Shown here in pieces: positions 55,650-62,579 of a stretch of DNA of 64,000 nt. The translations under genes were made by a program, and so were the position numbers. The first letter of the stretch is position 1. Each line of letters starts with the position of its first letter. This stretch comes from a virus, in the IMG/VR virus record IMGVR_UViG_3300045988_086533, positions 1 through 64,000 of that record; one strand, 5' to 3'. Below the pieces are notes generated by a model. That model was not told where the DNA came from, did no database searches, and saw only the letters and a program-made list of their open reading frames with translations.

Positions 55650-57293
55650 ATGAAATTAAAAATAGACAAAGGAATAAAGTTTAGAGGTAGTTCACTATTC
55701 ATTAAAATAGTCGGTGATGAGTTAGAATATTTAGATGTAATTAGATCATTCAACTGTTATTACCATAAGAATAAAAATATGTGGGAACTCCCAAAAGGGG
55801 CATTTAAAACTATATTAGATAAATGCAGGGATTGTAATATTGATATAGTCGGTAAAATACCCAAAGAATTTGAGAATTATTTAAAATTACTGGACAACTA
55901 CGATAAACCACTGGCTGAATATAAAAGTAAAACTACACCATATAGTTATCAGATGGATAGTTTTTTATATTCCAGAGACCATACAAAATTTTTACTTGCG
56001 GACGAACAAGGTCTTGGTAAAACAAAACAAGCCTTAGACATAGCAGTGAGTAAAAAAGGACAAATGAAACATTGTCTTATAGTTTGCGGAGTCAACGAAT
56101 TGAAGTGGAACTGGGTAAATGAAGTATCAGTACATACTAATGAACAAGCACATATATTAGGATTTAAGGATGGTAAAATTGGTAGTGTACATGATAGGTT
56201 ATTAGACCTACAAAATAAACATGAGGAATTTTTCCTGGTTACTAATATTGAAACACTACGTGACACTAAAATACAGGAATACATAAAAATACTTTGTACG
56301 TGCGGTGTAATAGGTATGACCATTATAGATGAGATCCACAAGTGCAAAAACTCTACCAGCATCCAAGGTAAGGCCATCCATTGTTGTTGTTCTTATTATA
56401 AGTTGGCGCTTACAGGAACACCAATAATGAATGCTGCTATAGATTTATACAATGTACTGAAATGGCTAGAGGTAGAAAACCACAGTTTAACTCAATTTAA
56501 AAACCATTACTGTATCATGGGTGGCTTTGGTGGATACCAAATAGTGGGTTACAAACATTTAGATGAGCTGCAAAGTAGACTAGACAAATATATGCTAAGA
56601 CGTAGAAAAGAAGATGTATTAGACTTACCACCTAAAATATACACTAATGAGTTACTGGAGATGGATGCAGGCCAAACTAAAATATACAAAGAAGTAGAAC
56701 AAACTATACAAGATAATATTGATAAAATACTTCTATTACCGAATCCATTAACTGCTCTAACACGTTTGAGACAAGTTACAGGTAATCCAGATATTCTGAC
56801 TACACATAAAGTAAACAATGTAAAATATAAACGTATGGTGGAGATAGTGTATGAAGTGGTTAATAATGGAGGTAAAGTGATTATTTTTAGTAACTGGGCG
56901 AGGGTGATTGAACCGGCTGCGGAACTACTAGAAATGTATAACCCAGCCTGTATAACCTCTCAAGTGAAGGACAAGGATAAATTACTCAAGGAGTTTAAGG
57001 AAAACCCTAAATGCAAGGTTATATTAGGTACAATAGGGTGTCTAGGTACTGGTTTTACTCTTAATGAAGCTAATACGGTGATCTTCTTGGATGAGCCGTG
57101 GAGTAGTGCAAATAAACAACAGGCTGAGGACAGATGTCATAGGATAGGAACAAAGGGGACAGTAAATATTATTACTCTAATATGTAAGGATACTATAGAC
57201 GAAAAAGTACATAATATAGTAAAAAGTAAACAAGCACTATCTAGCGAGGTAGTGGATAATAAAAAATTATTTAAGGATATAATGGAGGGATAG
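55650..57293 (+). CDS. SNF2-family helicase/translocase
   Basis: Motif I LADEQGLGKT, motif II IIDEIHKCKN, motif III LTGTPIMN, motif VI QAEDRCHRIGT. Confidence 0.9.
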   Translation: MKLKIDKGIKFRGSSLFIKIVGDELEYLDVIRSFNCYYHKNKNMWELPKGAFKTILDKCRDCNIDIVGKIPKEFENYLKLLDNYDKPLAEYKSKTTPYSYQMDSFLYSRDHTKFLLADEQGLGKTKQALDIAVSKKGQMKHCLIVCGVNELKWNWVNEVSVHTNEQAHILGFKDGKIGSVHDRLLDLQNKHEEFFLVTNIETLRDTKIQEYIKILCTCGVIGMTIIDEIHKCKNSTSIQGKAIHCCCSYYKLALTGTPIMNAAIDLYNVLKWLEVENHSLTQFKNHYCIMGGFGGYQIVGYKHLDELQSRLDKYMLRRRKEDVLDLPPKIYTNELLEMDAGQTKIYKEVEQTIQDNIDKILLLPNPLTALTRLRQVTGNPDILTTHKVNNVKYKRMVEIVYEVVNNGGKVIIFSNWARVIEPAAELLEMYNPACITSQVKDKDKLLKEFKENPKCKVILGTIGCLGTGFTLNEANTVIFLDEPWSSANKQQAEDRCHRIGTKGTVNIITLICKDTIDEKVHNIVKSKQALSSEVVDNKKLFKDIMEG

Positions 57294-57296
57294 AAT

Positions 57297-57575
57297 ATGA
57301 AAATAATAGATGGAAATATGTATTATAGTTTAACAGAGATAGGGTCTATTATTGGTAGAACTAAAGCTACCATTTTAAGATGGTATGAGTATGAAGATCA
57401 GTTACCTGTAGAACAACGTAGATTACCAAACTACATAACATTAGGACAACAACACGCTAAATATTTTGCGGCACATGACATTGACACATTTACTGAGTTC
57501 ATGAAAACTAATAAAAGAGGGACTATGAAAAATGTCAGTGATAAATACAACGGTAACTTAGCAAATAATAAATAA
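57297..57575 (+). CDS. putative MerR/excisionase-type HTH DNA-binding protein
   Basis: YYSLTEIGSIIGRTKATILRWYEY. Confidence 0.4.
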   Translation: MKIIDGNMYYSLTEIGSIIGRTKATILRWYEYEDQLPVEQRRLPNYITLGQQHAKYFAAHDIDTFTEFMKTNKRGTMKNVSDKYNGNLANNK

Positions 57576-57591
57576 ATTATATACTATATAT
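57557..57591 (+). promoter_or_regulatory. phage promoter motif, copy i (variant)
   Basis: cttagcaaa-N14-tatactatatat. Confidence 0.5.
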
Positions 57592-57599
57592 AGGGATAT

Positions 57600-57638
57600 A
57601 ACCTCATAGAACCTACCTAAAATAGGTTTTATGGGGTT
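57600..57638 (+). promoter_or_regulatory. 16-bp stem-loop at the predicted 5' end of the transcript
   Basis: aacctcatagaaccta / taggttttatggggtt (two G-U pairs), loop cctaaaa, no T-run. Confidence 0.5.
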
Positions 57639-57669
57639 CATAGATTAATTACTTAAGGAGGCTAAAAAA

Positions 57670-58053
57670 ATGAAGGACTTAGGGGTTTTATTAAGTGAGT
57701 TAGCTGAAATAAAAGAACTCAATAAAAAGAATAAAGAGATTGAAAACAACTTGATTAAAGACACTAAAACTATGTTAGATGAGAAGGGTATTACTAAAGG
57801 AGAATACGATGGCATAAAAGTTTCTTATACTACTAATACTAAAAGTGAGTTAGATGATAACATCCTTATAGAGATATTATTAAATATGGCACAAGAAAAA
57901 CCTGAAATAATGGACTGTCTAATTAAAACATATACTGTAGATGAAGATAAGTTGGAAGAATTAATGTATGGGGGTCTAATAAGTACTGACGACATAGCTC
58001 CAGCTTATAGAGAGAAACAATATAAAACTTTAAGAGTAAAGAGGGTGAAATAA
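57670..58053 (+). CDS. hypothetical protein
   Basis: ORF with RBS aaggagg. Confidence 0.5.
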   Translation: MKDLGVLLSELAEIKELNKKNKEIENNLIKDTKTMLDEKGITKGEYDGIKVSYTTNTKSELDDNILIEILLNMAQEKPEIMDCLIKTYTVDEDKLEELMYGGLISTDDIAPAYREKQYKTLRVKRVK

Positions 58054-58412
58054 TGGCTCTACCTGGATTTAATGTTAATAAAGTACCAACTGTACAAACT
58101 AAATTAATAGAAGAAATTATAGACTATCTTAATAATAGAGCAGGAACTAAATATAAACATGATGCTAAAAATACTGTCAAATATATTTCCGCCCGACTAA
58201 AAGAAGGTTATACATTAGAAGATTTTAAATATGTGATTGATGTAAAAATAGCTGAGTGGGGTGGAACTAATATGGAAATGTATATTAGACCACAAACTCT
58301 ATTTAGTTCTAAAATGGAAAACTATGTTAATCAACCTATGCCACGTAGTAATCGTGCTAGTTATCAAGTTGAAAATGATTATAAACACGACACAACTAAT
58401 AGAAGGATTTAA
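58053..58412 (+). CDS. phage conserved C-terminal domain protein (Phg_2220_C-like, replication-associated)
   Basis: IIDYLNNRAGTKYKH...YISARLKEGYTLEDFKYVIDVKIAEW...YIRPQTLFS fits the family pattern from memory. Confidence 0.55.
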   Translation: MALPGFNVNKVPTVQTKLIEEIIDYLNNRAGTKYKHDAKNTVKYISARLKEGYTLEDFKYVIDVKIAEWGGTNMEMYIRPQTLFSSKMENYVNQPMPRSNRASYQVENDYKHDTTNRRI

Positions 58413-58427
58413 TCCTTCTATTTTTTT
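58401..58427 (+). terminator. intrinsic terminator
   Basis: Stem agaagga / tccttct, loop tttaa, T7. Confidence 0.6.
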
Positions 58428-58435
58428 AGGTCCAA

Positions 58436-58470
58436 GTTAGTAAAACGCTCAAATTTTCTATACTATATAA
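58436..58470 (+). promoter_or_regulatory. phage promoter motif, copy j
   Basis: gttagtaaa-N14-tatactatataa. Confidence 0.55.
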
Positions 58471-58508
58471 AAAAACCTTTTTTAAAATAAAAATTTTTTA
58501 AATTTGTA

Positions 58509-58543
58509 GTTAGTAAAATCGCAAATAATTCTATACTATATAT
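58509..58543 (+). promoter_or_regulatory. phage promoter motif, copy k (tandem with j)
   Basis: gttagtaaa-N14-tatactatatat. Confidence 0.55.
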
Positions 58544-58650
58544 AGATATTAAATATTAGTTATCCTAAAAATAAATAAAGAATCCCGCAATGGGAGATTA
58601 TTATGCAACAAAGTTGCATAATTCTTTTCAACTAAAAAAGGAGGAATATT

Positions 58651-58917
58651 ATGATAAGTACTAATAATTATTTGGTGGTGACTCCAAACAACTATTTTTT
58701 ATGCAATGATGTTAGACACATTATTAATAGTATAAAACACAGTTGTTATAGATTAAATGGTCATCAACTACAAAACTTTAATAAACTTATTACTAGACAT
58801 ATAGAGAGAGCTGATTGGAATAAACCAATAAAGAAACAAAAGTATATCATTAAAGATGATATATATGTAGTAAAGTTAGATAAAGATGAAATAAAAATGT
58901 TTTTTAGGGGGTGTTAA
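58651..58917 (+). CDS. hypothetical protein
   Basis: ORF with RBS aaggagg. Confidence 0.5.
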   Translation: MISTNNYLVVTPNNYFLCNDVRHIINSIKHSCYRLNGHQLQNFNKLITRHIERADWNKPIKKQKYIIKDDIYVVKLDKDEIKMFFRGC

Positions 58918-58919
58918 TT

Positions 58920-59726
58920 ATGGACGAAAAATACAAAATATATAATGGTGATTGCTTAGAGGTTATGGATAAACTGATTGAGCAGGGAATAAAAGTTGAT
59001 GCAGTAATATGTGATCTTCCATACGGAATAACTGGATATAAGTGGGATAGTGTAATTCCATTTAATAAAATGTGGGATAAAGTGAATAAATTAATTAAAG
59101 CTGATTGTGCAATTGTATTATTTGGACGTGAACCTTTTACAAGTGCATTAAGAATGAGCAATATAAGCAATTATAAATATGAATGGTACTGGAATAAAAT
59201 TAGTAGTGGTAATTTTGTAGGGGCAAAATTTGCTCCTTTTAAAATAATTGAAAATATTTGTATTTTTAGTAATGGGAAATGTCCCTATAATCCACAAATG
59301 ATAGAACGAACTGAAAAAGAAATAAATGATTATATTGCAAAGAGTCGTAATAATAATATTACAGTTAAAAATGATTATTTATATGATGGATTTAAAAGTG
59401 GTGTCATTGTGCCTTCATCCAACCCTAAATATAAATATCCCGTTAATTTATTAAATTTTAACTGGAAAGCTAAAGAATGTAATAGTAGATATAGAGTGCA
59501 CCCAACCCAAAAACCAGTAGATCTACTTGAGTATTTAGTTAAAACTTATACCAATGAAGGTGATTTAATATTAGACTTTACAATGGGGAGTGGCAGCACA
59601 GGAGTAGCTTGTTTAAATACTAACCGTAGATTTATTGGAATAGAAAAGGAAGAAAAGTATTTTATTATAACCAAAGAGCGACTAGAAGATGCTAAATTGA
59701 ATAATAGACAAAAGAAATTATTTTAG
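58920..59726 (+). CDS. DNA methyltransferase (beta-class), paralogue 2
   Basis: VICDLPYG (motif IV variant), FTMGSGSTGVAC (motif I). Ends in NNRQKKLF. Confidence 0.85.
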   Translation: MDEKYKIYNGDCLEVMDKLIEQGIKVDAVICDLPYGITGYKWDSVIPFNKMWDKVNKLIKADCAIVLFGREPFTSALRMSNISNYKYEWYWNKISSGNFVGAKFAPFKIIENICIFSNGKCPYNPQMIERTEKEINDYIAKSRNNNITVKNDYLYDGFKSGVIVPSSNPKYKYPVNLLNFNWKAKECNSRYRVHPTQKPVDLLEYLVKTYTNEGDLILDFTMGSGSTGVACLNTNRRFIGIEKEEKYFIITKERLEDAKLNNRQKKLF

Positions 59727-59739
59727 TGGAGGAATAATT

Positions 59740-59979
59740 ATGAATGATATAGAACTAACTAAGCAGAGACAAAAAGAAATAGCTAAATATGGTAAACGAC
59801 AAGGTTTTCCAATTTGGGTATGTTTTAAGATGAATTATTTAGGTGATATAACAGAGATTAAGACATTCTTTACTGCAAGTGCTAAAGATGAGTATATTAG
59901 TCAAAAGGTAGATGATTATAACTTTGTAGCATATCTGACATATTCCAATGATGTTAAAAAAGTTTCATATTCTATTTAA
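59740..59979 (+). CDS. hypothetical protein
   Basis: ORF with RBS gtggagg. Confidence 0.5.
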   Translation: MNDIELTKQRQKEIAKYGKRQGFPIWVCFKMNYLGDITEIKTFFTASAKDEYISQKVDDYNFVAYLTYSNDVKKVSYSI

Positions 59980-60001
59980 ATGCGAGGGAGATGAGTTTTT
60001 T

Positions 60002-60694
60002 ATGAATAATGAAAACTATGAATTATATCAAGGTGATTGCTTGGTCGTTATGGATAAACTGATTGAGGATGGGATAAAAGTAGATGCAGTAATATCAGAT
60101 CCACCTTATGGGATGGAGTTTAAAAGTAATCGTAGAAAGGAAAAATATGAAAAAATTAGTAATGATGATGATTTATCATTTTTAGATGAATATTTTCAAA
60201 AATGTAATAGGCTGTTAAAAGATGATACTCATATATATTGCTTTTGTAGTTGGCATAATATAGATAAATTTAAGATTGCCTTTGAAAAATACTTTACATT
60301 AAAAAATATAATAGTATGGGAAAAGAATAATGCATCTATGGGTGATTTGTATGGATCATATGCTCCTAAGCACGAATTTATATTATTTGGGCATAAGGGG
60401 AGAAGATTAAGAAATGGTAAAAGATTACCGGATGTTATACAAGCCAAAAGAACTGGAAATAAATTACATCCAACACAAAAACCCGTTGATTTATTAGAGA
60501 TTTTTATAAAACAATCAACAAATGAAAATGATGTAATTTTAGATTCATTTATGGGTAGTGGTAGCACTGGGGTTGCTTGTTTAAAAACCAAAAGGAGATT
60601 TATAGGCATTGAAAAAGAGGAAAAATATTTTAATATAACTAAAGAACGACTAGCATATGCTAGCTTAAATAATAGACAAAAAAAATTATTTTAG
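60002..60694 (+). CDS. DNA methyltransferase (beta-class), paralogue 3
   Basis: ISDPPYG and FMGSGSTGVAC. Ends in NNRQKKLF. Start at MNNENYELY, after gagggaga. Confidence 0.85.
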   Translation: MNNENYELYQGDCLVVMDKLIEDGIKVDAVISDPPYGMEFKSNRRKEKYEKISNDDDLSFLDEYFQKCNRLLKDDTHIYCFCSWHNIDKFKIAFEKYFTLKNIIVWEKNNASMGDLYGSYAPKHEFILFGHKGRRLRNGKRLPDVIQAKRTGNKLHPTQKPVDLLEIFIKQSTNENDVILDSFMGSGSTGVACLKTKRRFIGIEKEEKYFNITKERLAYASLNNRQKKLF

Positions 60695-60695
60695 A

Positions 60696-60730
60696 GTTAG
60701 TAAACTGTATAGTTTTTCTATACTATATAT
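60696..60730 (+). promoter_or_regulatory. phage promoter motif, copy l
   Basis: gttagtaaa-N14-tatactatatat followed by gtaac. Confidence 0.6.
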
Positions 60731-60899
60731 GTAACTTATTATTAAATTATTTTATTATTTTAATTTTTATTATTTTCTTATATGACCCAGTAGTGTATAA
60801 TAAGAGAGTAGGTGATTAACTTCATATAACCAACTAAGAAATTATTAACAATCCCCATATTTATATTCCAACGGCTTGGTAACCCGTTGGAATTTTTTT
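60731..60899 (+). ncRNA. candidate small non-coding RNA (about 165 nt), bounded by a promoter and a terminator
   Basis: No ORF longer than 8 codons with an RBS. Bounded by promoter l and the terminator at 60866-60899. A UCCCC motif (60852-60856) lies just 5' of the terminator. Confidence 0.4.
60866..60899 (+). terminator. intrinsic terminator
   Basis: 9-bp stem ttccaacgg / ccgttggaa, 9-nt loop, T7. Confidence 0.7.
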
Positions 60900-60909
60900 A
60901 TTTATTTTA

Positions 60910-60944
60910 GTTAGTAAAATTTGGTATTTTTATATACTATATTT
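60910..60944 (+). promoter_or_regulatory. phage promoter motif, copy m
   Basis: gttagtaaa-N14-tatactatattt followed by gtaac. Confidence 0.55.
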
Positions 60945-60982
60945 GTAACACAAGATAAATAAAATTTGGAGGAGTGATTTAT

Positions 60983-61678
60983 ATGAGATTAAATTTAATA
61001 GGTAATGAAGCTGATAGACAACTTGTATTAGCTAAGGAACAAGAAGGGAAAATAAATTTAGTTAACCTACTTAAGAAATATGGTGATGTAGTAGATTATA
61101 TGACTGAACCAATGGTAGCTAATTTTTATGGAGTGCCAAATAAAACTATTAAAACGTTAGCAACTAGAAATGAAAGTGAGTTAAAAGGATATGGATATAA
61201 AGTATATAAAAAAAGTGAAATCCTAAAGTTTCAAGATGAAACTTTAGAGAATGTACCAAATAGAGGATTAAGATTATATCCAACTAAAGCGGTAATAGTG
61301 GTAGGTATGATGTTAACTGATAGTCCAGTTGCCGAACAATTAAGAAGGGATATAATGGACATATTATTTGGCAAGGAAGTTGCGATACCAACTGAGAGCA
61401 CTATTAGAAATGTAGTTAGTACTGAACTTGACAAAAGAGTACCACAATTGGTTGGGTGTAAAGATGCTCAAGTAAAAGCCATTGTTAAAGCCATTAAAGG
61501 TAATTTATTTATTAAAACTAAAAAACAAGATTATGCAAATTATGAGACTGTAGTAGCATGGTTATTAGGGAAATATGGTGTGTATAAATTAGAGGATATA
61601 CCATTTAGTGATGACTTATATGTTGAGATAAAAGATTTTGTTAAGAAATTACATCCAAGACAAAAAAGATTATTTTAG
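60983..61678 (+). CDS. ORF6N/antirepressor-like DNA-binding protein
   Basis: MVANFYGVPNKTIKTLATRNESEL...LRLYPTKAVIVVGMML resembles the ORF6N domain. Ends in HPRQKRLF. Confidence 0.45.
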   Translation: MRLNLIGNEADRQLVLAKEQEGKINLVNLLKKYGDVVDYMTEPMVANFYGVPNKTIKTLATRNESELKGYGYKVYKKSEILKFQDETLENVPNRGLRLYPTKAVIVVGMMLTDSPVAEQLRRDIMDILFGKEVAIPTESTIRNVVSTELDKRVPQLVGCKDAQVKAIVKAIKGNLFIKTKKQDYANYETVVAWLLGKYGVYKLEDIPFSDDLYVEIKDFVKKLHPRQKRLF

Positions 61679-61680
61679 TA

Positions 61681-61715
61681 GTTAGTAAAACACAACTTTT
61701 TTCTATACTATATAT
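61681..61715 (+). promoter_or_regulatory. phage promoter motif, copy n
   Basis: gttagtaaa-N14-tatactatatat followed by gtaag. Confidence 0.6.
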
Positions 61716-61809
61716 GTAAGGGAAATAACCCCTCCCTTACATACACAACCCCTTAATATTTTATTTTTTACCCCGGTACCTATTCCCCCTTTGGTATCGG
61801 GGGTTTTTT
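61716..61809 (+). ncRNA. candidate small RNA (about 90 nt) with three C-rich motifs
   Basis: 5' hairpin gtaaggga / tcccttac with loop aataacccc. Linker caaccccttaa. Terminator ccccggtacc / ggtatcgggg with loop tattcccccttt, then T6. No ORF. Confidence 0.5.
61771..61809 (+). terminator. intrinsic terminator
   Basis: 10-bp stem (one G-U pair), 12-nt C-rich loop, T6. Confidence 0.7.
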
Positions 61810-61813
61810 CTTT

Positions 61814-61848
61814 GTTAGTAAAATTAGAATTTTTAATATACTATAAGT
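61814..61848 (+). promoter_or_regulatory. phage promoter motif, copy o (variant -10)
   Basis: gttagtaaa-N14-tatactataagt. Confidence 0.5.
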
Positions 61849-61865
61849 AAAGGGAGGTTTTGCAT

Positions 61866-62579
61866 ATGTATGATGTAAAAGATTTTAAATTTATTAAAAA
61901 TAGATGTTGGTTTAGGACTAACTGTCCTATGTATAATACAAAGGACTGCAATTGTAGTTGTAGTGTATATTTTCAGTATTACTATTTAGTTAATCTAGCA
62001 AATATACCACCAAATAAGCAGCAACCGGAGGACTTGAAGTTGAGCGCTGGAGATGACCTTAAAAAGTATGAATATCTTAATGGTGTGAAGAATAATATTA
62101 ATGAATTTGTACATGATGGATGTAATCTATATTTATACAGTCCTTACTTTGGTAATGGTAAAACTACTTGGTCCATAAAGTTGATGAGCAAATATTTTAG
62201 TAATATTTGGAATGGCAATGGCACTCGTTGTAGAGGTCTATTCATCAATGTAGATGAATTTCTAATGGCTAAAAGAAATGCCATAAAACGACCTGACTTA
62301 AGACTAGAAGAAATGGAAAAATTAATCCCAAGCGTAGACCTTATAGTATGGGATGACATAGGAGTTACAAAATTAAAAGAATATGACCATCAAATATTAT
62401 TCAGTTTAATCAATCCTCGTATAGTAAATAACAAAGCTAATATATTTACTAGTAATGTTATTGATGAACAATTGGATGATAATATTGGGGGTAGATTGGC
62501 AAGCAGAATATTAGATACAAGTACAATAGTTGAATTTACTAACAAGCCACAAAGGAAACCAAAAGGGGTGAGAATATAA
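61866..62579 (+). CDS. DnaC/IstB-like helicase loader ATPase with a Cys-rich N-terminus
   Basis: Walker A SPYFGNGKTT and Walker B LIVWDDIG. N-terminal CWFRTNCPMYNTKDCNCSC. Lies upstream of dnaB. Confidence 0.65.
   Translation: MYDVKDFKFIKNRCWFRTNCPMYNTKDCNCSCSVYFQYYYLVNLANIPPNKQQPEDLKLSAGDDLKKYEYLNGVKNNINEFVHDGCNLYLYSPYFGNGKTTWSIKLMSKYFSNIWNGNGTRCRGLFINVDEFLMAKRNAIKRPDLRLEEMEKLIPSVDLIVWDDIGVTKLKEYDHQILFSLINPRIVNNKANIFTSNVIDEQLDDNIGGRLASRILDTSTIVEFTNKPQRKPKGVRI

Noticed and set aside
55403-55753. 116-aa - strand ORF spanning the 55.4 kb promoter region
   Set aside because: It overlaps a + strand small ORF and the start of the SNF2 gene. Its composition is hydrophobic and AT-driven, and it has no RBS.
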